From Mizuhopecten yessoensis (Eukaryota): DNA of 62,789 bases. A program made the position numbers and the translations under genes. Where the stretch lies: the NCBI RefSeq assembly GCF_002113885.1, contig NW_018408759.1:230707-293495 (forward strand), written 5' to 3'. The notes under the pieces were generated by a model that was not told the DNA's origin, ran no database searches, and worked only from the letters and a program-made list of their open reading frames with translations. This document shows positions 13,491-28,000 of the stretch, in pieces (within the stretch, counting starts at the first letter, position 1; every line of letters begins with the position of its first letter).

Positions 13491-14259
13491 TCTGTTTTTA
13501 TTGTTCTGCTCATGGATAGCTAGTCGGTGAAAGTAACCTATTCGCTATGTTGCTTATTCTCGTCGTTTATGGTTAATCTGTGAAGCTTGTATTTGATGTG
13601 TTACATCTACCGTACTCCAAATTAGGCCAATATGACTTGTGCTTTGTCCCATTATCATGTAAAAAATAAAATACGGGCAAAAAAAGGTAGAAAATAAAAT
13701 CTTTTAATATATATAAAATAATATTCAATAAACAACAAAGACCCTACTTTATGGTAGAATGAACGACAGGCAATATTTGACAAGAGCAATGTCCTAACGC
13801 CATTCACGTAATTAGCTTTCTTAATTGAAAACAGTTGAAATAATTCCCATAATAATCGCGTACGCAGTCAATCACTTTGCGTTTGAGTTAATAGGATATT
13901 AAGTACATCAACATACCACTGACACAATCAAGATCTTATAAATCACATTTCAGTTATCACAGAAATGAAACAACATAATAAGTGTCACAAACATCATGAG
14001 GCAATACTGCTGCAGCACCATTACTAGATCATAAATATTTTACAAACCAGGCACTTACAGTTTTACTACAGCCAAATATGTCTCGCCTCTACAAAACCCC
14101 ACCAGTTTTACTTAAACCCATTTTTCGTGATAGACACTCACATTTATACACAAAAGTCGCCCCTACAGTCGTCTACAGTTTTACCCCAACAGGACAAAAA
14201 GTACCTATTCAAACCTATCTCTTGTATTACAACTAGACATTAACGGTTTTATACCTTAA

Positions 14260-15301
14260 GGTGCAACAAGCCCCCTAAAAGATGCTGTAGTCACCTTAAA
14301 TGTCAACCCCCTAATAAGTCATGTTCAAAGACTTCAATTAAAAATCGGAACTTATATATGTTATTTGTATATATTGAACTTGTACATTAGCTATACAAAA
14401 AATACATAGCCAGGTTAACGTAGTCAAAAACAAGGCATTACGGCTGATGTCTTCATAAAAATAGCTCACTCGACTTATAGCATGTCAATCTCTTTTGCAA
14501 TCCAACTGAGTGCTGAGAAATGACCCATAATTTAAAGTTTATTTAAATACATAGGTCATGTGGGACTTTATTTCTCTTCTACTAGGTGTATAGATAGATG
14601 TTGCAATGCAAAACCACTAAGAGCATAGTAAAATTCCCTGGTAATACATTTTAGCAATTTATAAATAAGAAAACAAAGACTAAGTAACCTTGATCTATCA
14701 ATAAACTTTAGATGATGTGCTATTTCATACAAACCTATGCTATGTGATTATATGAATGCGCTAGACAGTTTATAAACATTGAAGCTGAAAAATACAATAA
14801 TGTGTATAACAAGTCTAGCTATTTTATAACAACATTTAAAGATAAGAAAAGACATTTTATATGAAGTTTAAGTAGTGTTAATGGTCATAGGTCTATGGTT
14901 GTATACATATATACCGGTAAAATATGTTATACGGACGTTTTACTATGATTTTTGTACTTTCCCATAGCAACAAACATCTTCTTGTGAGGCCGGTATACCT
15001 CTCCACACATAGTTAAAGAGAAATAAAGTCCCGCATGACCTAGGTATATAAATGATCATTCAGTTGGGTCGCTTAAGAGATTGTGAGCAACTTTTATCAT
15101 TACATCAGCCTTAATGACGTATTTTGACTTCGTTAACCTGGTTATATACCTTTTTAATAGCTCATGTATAAGTTCAATATATTTAAATTACATATACATG
15201 TATATATATATTCCGATTTTTGATAAGGTTATTTGAATATGACTTGCCAGGGGGTTGAAATTTAGGGTAACTATTACATCTTTTAGGGGGCTTGTTGAAC
15301 C
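14260..15301. mobile_element. Non-autonomous DNA transposon with long (>300 bp) imperfect TIRs and TTAA target duplication (Kolobok-like, GG...CC ends)
   Basis: TTAA|ggtgcaacaagccccctaaaagatg... pairs with ...catcttttagggggcttgttgaacc|TTAA; inverted similarity continues to ataggtcatgtgggactttatttctctt versus aagagaaataaagtcccgcatgaccta. Confidence 0.8.
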
Positions 15302-15709
15302 TTAAAACCAATCAGTAAAGTTATTTTCAAGAGAAACACGTCTACAAACCTGACTGTCATACTGATTCCTAAAGATAACATAGCTCACCTACAATCCAGC
15401 CTTTCATAGTTCTTTTCAACAGCTAACTTATCCCACCTCTTTCATCGTCCTACCCAAATCTAATATCGATCGCTTTTACATTCAACACATTCATGATTTT
15501 ACTTCAAGCTTATACATGACGCACCCTTTTCAGTTTCTACAATCGAGACATTCATTGTTCTCACAAAGAGAACACAGTTTCACTCTCAGTTTTAACCAAA
15601 GCTCAACTGAGTTCAACAATACAGCCATTCGAAGATTTGTGTAAAAACAAACACAACTCACTTCACCATATGTACACTCTTGTTTTTTAATAAAGCTAAC
15701 ATAAATCAC

Positions 15710-16165
15710 TCCTGCAATACAGACACTCAGTTTCTGTCATAAATTATGGAAAGTCATCTCTGCAATACAGACACTCAGTTTCTGTCATAAATTATGGAAA
15801 CTCATCTCTGCAATACAGATACTCAGTTTCTGTCATAAATTATGGAAAATCATCTCTGCAATACAGACACTTAGTTTCTGTCATAAATTATGGAAACTCA
15901 TCTCTGCAATAGAGACACTCAGGTTCTGTCATAAATTATGGAAACTCATCTCTGCAATAGAGACACTCAGGTTCTGTCATAAATTATGGAAACTCATCTC
16001 TGCAATAGAGACACTCAGGTTCTGTCATAAATTATGGAAACTCATCTCTGCAAGACAGACACTCAGTTTCTGTCATAAATTATGGAAACTCATATCTGCA
16101 ATACAGACACTCAGTTTCTGTCATAAATTATGGAAACTCGTCTCTACAATCTGTACACTCAGTGT
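15710..16165. repeat. 48-bp minisatellite, ~9 copies
   Basis: catctctgcaatacagacactcagtttctgtcataaattatggaaact repeated. Confidence 0.95.
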
Positions 16166-17989
16166 TACACAATCAAACATTATTCACCTCATACAAGAGA
16201 TCACTCAGATTTTGTTCAGTGTTCGATATCTGCTGACAGATGAATTGATAATAGTAATTTTAATGTAGATATAGAGCTCTCTATAAAGGAAACAAAACGG
16301 TGTGTTTTAACGTGTGGTCACTTAATAGGTGCTAAGTCAACACGTGCGTTATTCAATTCTATATAGCGTCAAACTGAGCAAACTGTATAAGCAGTAGATA
16401 AAACGGCAATTGGCACAAAAAGGAAGGACATATACAGTATGATAGACAATGAGGAGTCTCTACAATATTGAAAGTATTCGTAATCCTGTTAAATGTTGAT
16501 GAAAAGTTGTTTCCTTTGGATCCCATTACTTTAAAAAATAAAAACAGAAAATTTTCCCCCTCCCACAAGCGACCACCTTAGACGTACTTTCCTGCAAATA
16601 GTCTGTAAAGGGTTTAATTTCTATAAATTAACCCCCTTTTCATGTAAGGCAGGTTAATGGAATAATGTACTATAAAAAGAGTTTGCATTGATATTCATAA
16701 TATGTTTTCTTTCAAATGCCCTACATTTGATCAGCGAGATTTAAAAAAAAAATATATAGGTACATATTAAATATATTGAAAATTATCAGAAACACACATT
16801 ATTGTCGTGTCCAGTACAGTACCAATGATCTGTACACCTTGAACCTAAATACGGTAAAAGTATGATACCCTGCACGGTAATCGTGTCCGTATCAGTATTA
16901 TACAATGCATGAATATCACAGACAATCCATACTCTATATTTGTATACATCACATATGTTATACATTTTACATCTATGTAACACATTATTTTTAAACTGAT
17001 ATGTATTTTGCATATTTATGCAAGTTGTCATGTTAGAAATCATTTTATCTTAAGATTTAATGCTTAAAATGTTATAAATTAGCTGTCTTTTTAATACTTT
17101 AGTAAGCTTGTAGGAGTAAATGCTCAATACCCTATACAGTTTCAGCTTATCACACAAAAACAAATAGTGCCCAATAAAATTCTAGTGCAGTTCGGATGAC
17201 GATATACACATAATTTTGTCATTCCAAATCAGCCTATATTGACTGGAGTTCTAAGACCCATCAAATTCAAAGAATGCAATAACTCCCAAAGCTCTACAAT
17301 TAATAGCAAGCCTCGCATCGACAAGTTCATTTCCAACATGCAAAAAGACACATGCCAATGTTATATATATATTAGTAACATAAATAAATACATATGGTGC
17401 TGTCATTTTCTCGCTATTATATGATATACATATAAATGTACGATTGCAACCGATAATCACAATTTTATATTATCAGCATATATTCAGATCTGTCTTCCAT
17501 TTCGTAATGATGATATAATGTTAACTTTCTAATATCACAAAACCACGTCTTCTGTAAAAAGATGTCGTTCATGCACTCTGTCCATTTAAGTATGGAATTT
17601 TAATGGCGGATGTTAAAGGAAGTGTGTAGCCTTGAATTGAACCAATTCTTTCAGACACGGTAAATAGCACACAATCATCTAATCCTCCCTGCGCGTAAAC
17701 ACTTTGAAACCCGACTGGTACGTCTTTACCAGTGGTAACCACCGTTTTGCTTCAGTACTTTCGGTGCCACACTGTACATACGTGTAGTGTATATAACCTG
17801 TAAGGGTGATAACTATTGGGTATCGGTATGTCGGATGTTAATAACTTTTGTAAGGTAATATATATGTTCGGTCAAATAACTTGGTAGTGGTAAGTTAGGT
17901 GGTAGTTAATACTAGTTTATGTGCTCTGAGCGTTAAATATCGGTAGGCAGTACATGTTCTGTTGGGTGACTTGGGCTGGTATAGGGTAT

Positions 17990-18814
17990 GACATAACTAC
18001 TAGTTGTAGACAGCCCGTGCTAGTCTATGTACTCTGTATAACGTAACTACTGGGTAGTTGTGTTGTAGACAACCTGTGTTAGTCTATGTACTCTGTATAA
18101 CGTACATATGTAACTACTGGGTAGTTGTGTTGTGGACAGCCCGTGCTAGTCTATGTACTCTATATAACGTAACTACTAGGTAGTTGTGTTGTGGACAACC
18201 TGTGTTAGTCTATGTACTCTGTATAACGTAATTACTGGGTAGTTGTGTTGTGGACAGCCCGTGCTAGTCTATGTACTCTGTATAACGTAACTACTAGGTA
18301 GTTGTGTTGTGGACAACCTGTGTTAGTCTATGTACTCTGTATAACGTAACTACTAGGTAGTTGTGTTGTGGACAACCTGTGTTAGTCTATGTACTCTGTA
18401 TAACGTAACTACTAGGTAGTTGTGTTGTGGACAACCTGTGTTAGTCTATGTACTCTGTATAACGTAACTACTAGGTAGTTGTGTTGTAGACAACCTGTGT
18501 TAGTCTATGTACTCTGTATAACGTAACTACTAGGTAGTTGTGTTGTGGACAACCTGTGTTAGTCTATGTACTCTGTATAACGTAACTACTAGGTAGTTGT
18601 GTTGTAGACAACCTGTGTTAGTCTATGTACTCTGTATAACGTAACTACTAGGTAGTTGTGTTGTGGACAACCTGTGTTAGTCTATGTACTCTGTATAACG
18701 TAACTACTTGGTGGTTGTGTTGTGGACAACCTGTGTTAGTCTATGTACTCTGTATAACGTAATTACTGGGTAGCTGTGTTGTAGACAGCCCGTGCTTGTC
18801 TATGTACTCTGTAT
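17990..18814. repeat. 59-bp minisatellite, ~14 copies, in the 3' UTR of the TTC28-like gene; the unit contains the stop codon
   Basis: taactactaggtagttgtgttgtggacaacctgtgttagtctatgtactctgtataacg; ctatgtactctgtat is the reverse complement of ATA CAG AGT ACA TAG (IQST*). Confidence 0.95.
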
Positions 18815-19045
18815 GTAAGGAAGGTACAGTTTCATCACGTCGTTGCGGTGTCTAAGGTCTATGTTGTTAAGTCGCTGCTGTAGGACATACTGGGCATAGT
18901 CACGTCTCTGGTCCACCTCAGGGATGCCCATCATAGATTCACGTCCAATGGGTATCCTCTCGCGGGACGCACTCGCCCCTGGTACCACTTTCACTTTGGT
19001 CGGTGTGGTGCGCGGACGGCCAAATTTAGATAGAGATTCATTAGC
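18800..19045 (-). CDS. TTC28-like exon 19 (terminal)
   Basis: ttttccAG|GCT AAT; ANESLSKFGRP...LYLPYIQST*. Confidence 0.75.
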   Translation of the reverse strand, partial: ANESLSKFGRPRTTPTKVKVVPGASASRERIPIGRESMMGIPEVDQRRDYAQYVLQQRLNNIDLRHRNDVMKLYLPYIQST

Positions 19046-22000
19046 CTGGAAAAGGATGGTATATGTGTAAGACATGTTATCCATTTTGATGATTTAACTT
19101 TTTTCTACACATTAATGTCGATGATAAAAAAAGAAAGCTGTTGTTATCGAGTATTACTTATGTAGAATTATATTTTAGTAGTGGTATTTACTTGATGTTC
19201 ATACAACCAAAAAACATCAAACGACATAGAAACCTTGTTTGCTTATGTCGCGCTTTACAGAAAAATGAGTATTTAAAACAATCTGGATATGTTAAACCCG
19301 AAATTAAGATCGCAATTGTTGACGTAATGTGTATTTCTATAAGATATTCACCAACTGCTTTTGTGGTTAAAGACACAAGAAATGTGTTGATTTTTATCTT
19401 AATTTTACATTTGTTCTCGTTAAATTCGTTCCGCTATAAGTTATCACTTTACTTTTTTTTTACATATCTTACAAAGTAGAGCATTTTATACTTATATTAC
19501 AGCATGCTTTATCAATCTTATAGCTAGTTGTCTTCCTTTGTATACAATATTTATCAACTCTATAGCATGCTGTATAAGCTGTACAGAAGACTGTATCAAC
19601 TCTTTAAGTTGTAGCCTGTTGTACGCTAAGTATAGCATGTCTTACTTTTACTGATTTTATAGTCATCAGTTCTTACATTATAGCAGGTGTATTAACACTG
19701 AAGCCTGTTGACCTCTCTCTGCCAATTCAACAGGTATTTTATATTATTTCATAACTACATATATAAATGTGAAAAATGTTAAATAACACACCTTAAAAAC
19801 ATAACGAATTCCTTCATAACATATGCATACAGAGATATAGATCGTTCACTACATAGGAGAACGTTTTCTGTTTACAGGTAAGAGAAGAAAACAAATGTTG
19901 GATTTTAAGATCGCTTTGTTTTGATTAAAAACATATCGGATATTTATCCGATTGTGTTCAAGAGGTTGTTTATCAATAACCATGATTACAACAACGGTCA
20001 GTACTCCCAACAATGCGCAACAATAACAAAACACAAAAACAATGGTAGGTAATGTACATAGCAGTACAACTTATTAACAGTTAACAATAATGATCAAACA
20101 ACCAATACACTAAACAATATACTGGCAGACACACAGCAATAAAACAAACAATAAGGTACACTAAACAACAATAAACAATATACTAGCAGACACACAGCAA
20201 TAAAACAAACAATACGGTACAGTAAACAACAATAAACAATAATGGCTGACAAACAGTAATATAACAACGCATACACTTCAGTATACAACACTTACGGCAG
20301 ACTGCAATACAAAAACCAATACACTACTCTCAGTACCATGCGTATTAATTGAATAAACAATTATTTCATTCATCGTTTTTATTTTCATTGTATATTTTCA
20401 TTAATTGTTACCAATATTTGGGAAATGCCGCTTGGCAAAATTGATGTTTTCTTTTCTTTACATGTGCAGTCGTTTTTCCTTATGTGTCAAACTTACGACA
20501 TATTGGTGCCATTTGCTGACAGTTATACATATGCCCGAAACTCGATCATTTGTGGTTCTAAAAACCGATATATCTCACATATACTGAAATATTCACCTTA
20601 CAACAACAGAGGTGGTATTTAACAATGCTACTTCAGTAACAAGGACTTCGTGATAAATATCCATCCCTACCAAGCATACAGGAGTCATTTTGTTGTGGTG
20701 GAGAGGTGGGTCGTAAACCCTCTTCTTATCAACGTAAGACCGAATTTTCTGATTTCTTCAACCAAAAATCTCAAAAATCTATTCTATGAAACTATCATTA
20801 TCTTATTTGGTACAAACAGAAAAGTATATGCACAAGTAAATAATAAATGTGTTTGTTTTGAATATTTCGTAAATGTATTTCATTCCAAATATGAACACGT
20901 AATTTTGTGCTGATATTTAGAGTTGATATACTGCCAAACAGTCCGAGGGGGAAATCCCGCTGATCTCTCTTTTAAAAACAACTAGCACACACACACTGAT
21001 ACAACATGTATAATACAATGTAAGCATCACATGCAAGCACTTACATGACTATCATATCATTATAATTAAATGCACATTATCTGTGATTATCTTTTATTTT
21101 AATGAACAATATAAAAAAATCCATATTATAAAATAATATTACGATATTTGTCGGGGATATGATTGTGTATATTCTGCATTTTGAATACCAAACAGTAAAA
21201 AAATCATGAAAGTAATACCTAAGTCTGAACAAAACTGTAATTCTAACTCAAAATCGATTAAAAAATGTCAAAATATGAACAAAGGATCTAAAGGCATTGA
21301 TGTCCTTGTAACAGCACAGGAGGAATAGGGCCAGATGTTCCAGAAGGAAAAGCATACTCTGGCGACAACTGCCATGTAAATCAAGGTCAAATCAAGAAAT
21401 GCCACATCCTCTGAGTAGGATTCGGGACTGTGAAAATGAAATTTCATGGCATGCTTTTGAACATAATTAAAAACGTCAATAATCATATAAGAATGTTTCT
21501 CAGTGAGCTCAGATCCTGATGTCAACTATAAACTTTCCAAATGTCCCAAACAAACATTTATTATCAGAAAAATCTAAATTATCAAACGTGTCAAACATCT
21601 TAGTAGTAAGCCGTCCAGAAGGGTCATGTTGTAAGTGAGATCGAGAAAAATATCTGATTAAGAACAGTCTATAGGGTCTTTGATTTCAAGTTCAGAAAGA
21701 TAGGTACGACTGACGTGGTTAATATACTTTATAATAAATGACCGTCACATTGCTGACACATCTGAAATTGAAATTGTTGCTATACCTGTCCTGATAAAAA
21801 AGCAAAAGAAAAGTCAAACATGAGAGAGGCACAAACTGTTTCCACTTGTATGATAACAGTCTGCTGGAAAACCAAATAAAAAAGTCTCACTATTTCGTCC
21901 TCTGTATATTTCAACCTGGCCTTTATCATGTTTTATTTTTACAAAGTACGCTCCAAAATTGTTCAAAATCATATATCTGTACCGATGTTCCCATTTTTTG

Positions 22001-25000
22001 GGGAAAACGTTCATAGTAAGAGAACAATGAAATTCCTCCAGTTTGGTATGAAGAAACAATTTTCGCTAAAATAATGCTGGAGATTGGTACAAAGATCTTC
22101 TGAATTTTCCAAAAACAACACTCATTTAATAACACTTTTGGTGTGACAATACGACGGTATCAATATATAATGGAACTGATTAAAGTAAGAAGTTTGGTTA
22201 ATGGCTTCGATGAGCAACCAGAAGACATTGATGAAATGATGTTTTGTGAAGTTTCAGAATCCAATACAAACGATGCAGGTCAATCATTATAACAGCATTT
22301 GAAAAGATTGTAATGCAGAAGCAGGATAATGTAGTATTATGTATAAGAGGTATTCCTTCGTGTTTGATCAAGCTGGCCTATAGGAAGTTTTTTTGCTAGC
22401 AGAAAATTTGATAGCATCTGTGGTCAAGGATAAACTTATTAGATGTTTTGGCTTTACACAACCTCATACTTGTATGTAAATCGTTGAGTGTGATTCAGAC
22501 ATTGGGTCAGAACTGTCTACAAAGTGGAACTATTCAACTCGAGCAATATCCACTAGCACATCATATTAACATTAAGATTCTGTCATTCATGTTTATTTTA
22601 TCTCGAATCATTCAAAACAATGAAAAAAAAAGAAATATATACCATTCACTCACACATATGCATGCAATTTCAGCTTACCTTGACAGATTCCGACTGATGC
22701 ATTTAAAGAATAGGTGAGAAACAATTTAATAATCAAATTTGATGATTTCAACTGGATTTAAAGGAAATATGTTGCAACAAATGAACAAGAGGCCCAGAGG
22801 GCCGGTATTGCTCACCTGTTTCTTTTGTTACATGAAACTGACATATAGGTAACTTAAGACCAAATTTGGTAACTAGAACACAAGACATTTTAACATCTCT
22901 TAAACGGTTTCTGAAGATATTGTTGATTGAAATTTCAAATTTTAATTTTGAAGCTTTTAACTCACATTGACCTATGACCTGACTATCACTTAAAGTTGAC
23001 CTTTGACCTCATTACTGTAATTGAGAGAAAAAATGCACTGCTGATCTTCATAATATAACCAAGTACCACAACTCTAGTTCAAATGGTACTTAGGATATTG
23101 TTGTTTGAATTTTTTAACATATTTGACCCCTGTGACCTTGAAAGTAGGCCTAGGTCTTTTTAATGAGGAAACTGTATAGCACTCCATCCCTGGTACCTAC
23201 TGGCCAAATATCATGACCCTGGGCCTTTATGGAACTTGAAAAGAAAATTGTTAAAGCTTTTAACCAAAGTTGACATTTGACCCCTTACTAGCACTTACAG
23301 TTGACCTTTGACCTCATTACTGTAATTGAGAAAATGATTTGCACTGCTGGTCTACATAACATACCCAAGTAACATGACTATAGTCCAAATGGTTCTTAAA
23401 ATATTGTTGTTTGAAATTTTTAACATATTTGACCCCAGTGACCCTGAAAGTAAGTCAAGGTCATTTAAATGAGGAAACTTTATAGCACTCCATCTGAGGT
23501 ACCTACTGGCCAAATATCATGACCCTAGGTCCTCCAGTTCTTCAGAAGAAGTCTTTCAAAAGAAAAAGTTGGCAGAGGGACGCCGGACGACAAATGGACG
23601 CCGGACGCCGCAGTACAGCATAAGCTAATAACAGGGTGACTAGGGAAGAGTTGTTATGGTTCTGTATCATGGTGGTAAGGTGTATGGGGATGCTGGTCCT
23701 ATCAGGATAACAGTTTCATGTCAGTCGAATAATCCATCTTCATTTCCAGGTGGTCACTAGTTATCAGCAGCAATATTGTAATGAAATGTGTTCTACTCTT
23801 ATTTTCATAGCAATATCTCTATTTGTGCTAAATTATTCTCTTTCCAGACAAAACACTATAATGATACTTTATTTCAGCAAATTCTCATATTTTTTCCCTA
23901 CCTCCTTATTGCGTGTATGTAAATATACTTATTGAAATAAAAAAAAATATCAAATTAACATTTGAATTTTGTCAGTAACACACTTATTACCAGCCATAAG
24001 AAAATAATCCAAAATAATCAATAACAATCCCTCCTGACTGAGGAAACTGTTTTATAAAAACGTGTCAGTTCTGGAAACAATCTCAATCTTCATACATACA
24101 GTGGTATACTTGAGACTAAGCTAAGTACTTATTTTTAATGTGTACATACCCTGGAAGCTATTTCTAGGAAGACAGTGTGGACTCTATAGGTATGTTAACA
24201 AGTAGAGTAACACTTTGATTATTAAGATATAATAGCTAGTCCTTGTCCAGGAGACTTACCTGTGCTACTACAGTGATTTGATGCCAGGTTCTGGCCCGCT
24301 CCTGATAGTCAGTGTAACGCTCATCTAGGTCAGACTTCCTGTAAACACACATTCAATGGTCAGACTTGCAACAAACAAAACTTTTAAATTCTCATAAACA
24401 CCTTTACAAGTTAGAATCAACAAAAAAACTCACAGGTCAAACTTCAAACACCCCGACAGTATAGACAATATCAGCACACATTTACAGGTAAGACATTTTT
24501 CCAAGACACATTTAGAGGTAAGACATTTTCCAACACACATTTACAGGCAAGACATTTTCCCAGCACATATTTACAGGTAAAACATTTGTCCAACACACAT
24601 TTACAGATAAGACATTTTCCCAGCACACATTTACGGGTAAGACATTTTTCCAACAGTCACATTTACAGGCAAGACATTTTCCCAGCACACATTTACAGGT
24701 AAGACATTTTTCCAACACACATTTACATTAACTTTATCAACAATGACATTCATAGGTATTATTTCATCCATTTTCTTTTTCTATCTAAGTATCAGTCTGT
24801 GTATAGATACATACCCCCGGGCTAGCTTGATTTTCTCATCCATCTCATCAGCCTTCTCCGCTCGACTCAGCCAGGGTGTACTCATCCTCAACTAATGAAT
24901 TTAATAGCACCAGTTACAGATAACTCAGCTAATATTTACATAATACAAATAGAAACTTGTTTTTGTGAACAAAAACATATGTTTCCCCTTATAAGCCAAT

Positions 25001-28000
25001 CGACAAACTTTGGTACAAAACATTAACAAAGGGCCATATCTCTTTAAATAGTGGGGCACAAGACCCGAATTTAGAATGCAACACTCCTTCTTCCCAAGAT
25101 ACATAACTATAGCAAACTTTGTCAATGTAGGTGCAACAACATGGAAGTCATGCCGTGGACAAACTTCGGTATTAAAAATAAACAAAGGGCCATAACTCTA
25201 TATATAGTGGGACACAAGACCCGATTTTAGTGCAACAGATTCCACCTTCCCAAGATACATAAATATGGTAAGTTTGGTCAACATAGGTGAAATAACATGG
25301 AACTTATGCTCCGGACAAACTTTAGTATAAAAAATAAGAGATCTAATTCTAGTGCACTGCACACCTTCTGTGGGTGATGCAGGTATACTTCAAGTTTGAT
25401 AAAGATATCTTTAACAGTTTAAAATGTATTGGCTGGACAAGAATTTACTGAAAATGGTGCACTTATTTGACCTTTGACCTTGAGGTAAAGGTCACAGTGA
25501 CCTAATTTTAGTGCAGTGCACAACTTCTGTGGGTGATGCATATATACCTCAAGTTTCATTAAGATATCTTTTACTGTTTAAAATGTATGGCCCAGACAAC
25601 TTGCGATTAGAAGAACCAGAAGAACCAGAAGAAGAAGAACTAGTACTCATACAATATGTCTCCCTTCATTTGAAGGGAAGACATTAATACAGGAAAATAT
25701 TTATAGCTGCTTACCTAAGCTTACAAATTATCAATGTTGTGTTCGGGATTGGCATCACCATGTTATATTCAAATTACTTATGAGAATATATTTTTCCAAT
25801 CAGTATTGCTATTTAAAACAGTAACATGTAGGTCACTTCAATGTTCAGTTGATTATAGATGTGTTTCATCAGAGCATAACTAACATGTTTATTATGTAAA
25901 ACTTGTTCAGTGTTTACCTGATTCCTTGGGAGCAGTAGAGGTGTGAGGGATGGCAGGCGTCCAATCTCCTGCAGCATGGTTGGCTGAAAAATTAATAATG
26001 AAAAACTTTTAACTCGCATACATATGTAGAGTCATCCTGCTTGGTCAAACGTTACCTTGATTTCAGAATAGTTGGCAGATGCCATTGATTAGAGCTTCAG
26101 ACTTAAGATTTTAGTACAGTATCAGCGAATAAATGCTGTTTTAAACATCAAAGTAATAAAAAAAAAAGTACAAATGTAGGTCTAGTGGTGAAATGTACCT
26201 TTATGACCTTGGTGGTGCCTGGTTTTCCTAGGAGGTTGACATCAAGTCTGTACAACAGCACCTGACTCTTATAGGCACTCAAGGCCAGGAACAGCTGTAG
26301 CGCGGCCGTCAACAGGGTCCTAGAGGAGGAGAGTGGTGGGCAGGAAAAACAGAGATGTTAATGTCATGGTTATGTTTTAATATCTAAGAAATTAAACACT
26401 ACTGCAGCTATGTTTAGAGTATAATGCAATCTCTCATGACTTTTTTATCATCTACTTTATACCCAGTATATACCTGATCAAATATATTGTCAGCAATCAA
26501 CTGATCTTATTTATATTTTGACATAGCTCTACCATACTTGTGTTTGGGCAGCAGGTGACCTTTAAATTTCAAGGTTGACTCAACATGTTTTTGACCTGTG
26601 GGTGATCTTACTTGTTCAAGGGTGTGCGATTGAAATTCAGTAGAAGCCCAATCTGGTGGAAACCTATGGCATTAAGAGTTTTCTTCACAGACGGGTTCTG
26701 CCACAGAGGTCGCACAGATAGGTCATTAACCTTGAGCTGGATCTCAGGAGCATGCTTTGTTATGCTCATCTGAAAAACAAGACAGAGTACTAGGAATGTA
26801 TACTCTATCCAGGCCGGGGTATTATTATAAACTCGTCCATAAATATAGGGTTACTAATACCAGCTGTGATACATTATGCAGGAACATTAATTTCACAAAT
26901 ACATTATAACAATGTCATAAAGTAGCGCAACATCAAACATTTGTAAGAAAATAACACTGTATACCTAACCAGTTTGACACCTTAAAAACTCAATATTTTC
27001 TCTCATTTGTAGACAGTTACTTGTTGTTATGTCTATTGTATATAGCAATATAAGCTCAAATTGCGACACACATGCCTGACACATTTTATCTCTGTAACTT
27101 AAAAGTGTGTCAAGGTAAGTCTGACAGTCCCACACACTGTAAAAGTGTGTCAAGGTAAGTCTGACAGTCCAACACACTGTAAAAGTGTGTCAAGGTAAGT
27201 CTGACAGACCCACCCGCTGTAAAAGTGTGTCAAGGTAAGTCTGACAGTCCCACACACTGTAAAAGTGTGTCAAGATAAGTCTGACAGTCCCACACACTGT
27301 AAAAGTGTGTCAAGATAAGTCTGACAGTCCCACACACTGTAAAAGTGAGTCAAGGTAAGTCTGACAGACCCACACACTGTAAAAGTGTGTCAAGGTAAGT
27401 CTGACAGTCCCACACACTGTAAGCTACAGGCCAAACATCACAAATACATCTCTGTAGAAAGTTAACTTTAATCTGATTTCTTTTCATATTCAACCCTTGT
27501 GAATTTGACAGTATTGCCCAAATTCAGTAAGATACATGTAAAAGAGTATGACTCGATTTTATAGGTTAAGAAGAAGAAGCCATTTGAGGTTTTAAAATGT
27601 ATTCTACCTGTGACCTTGAAATTAAATCTAATGATAATTTCATTTCTTTTAACAGCATTTGTCTCTATCAAAGAAAATTATACATAGAACAAAAGACCCA
27701 CCTGATACGTAGAACAACAGACCGTCCTGTTACATAGAACAACAGACCCACCTGATACACAAATCAACATACCCACCTGTTACATAGAACAACAGACCCA
27801 CCTGATACATAGAACAACAGACCCACCCGATACATTCTTTTAACAGCATTTGTCTCTATCAAAGAAAATTATACATAGAACAACATTCCCACCTGATACA
27901 TAGAACAACAGACTGTCCTGTTACATAGAACAACAGACCCACCTTATACATAGAACAACAGACCCACCTTATACATAGAACAACAGACCCACATGTTACA

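Noticed and set aside
17680-17772. Possible alternative terminal exon (CGTESTEAKRWLPLVKTYQSGFKVFTRRED*) on the minus strand
   Set aside because: Weak acceptor and no recognisable homology; cannot be supported without RNA data.
21150-22140. Probable old DNA-transposon remnant in intron 18
   Set aside because: The composition is suggestive, but I could not define TIRs, TSDs or coding motifs.
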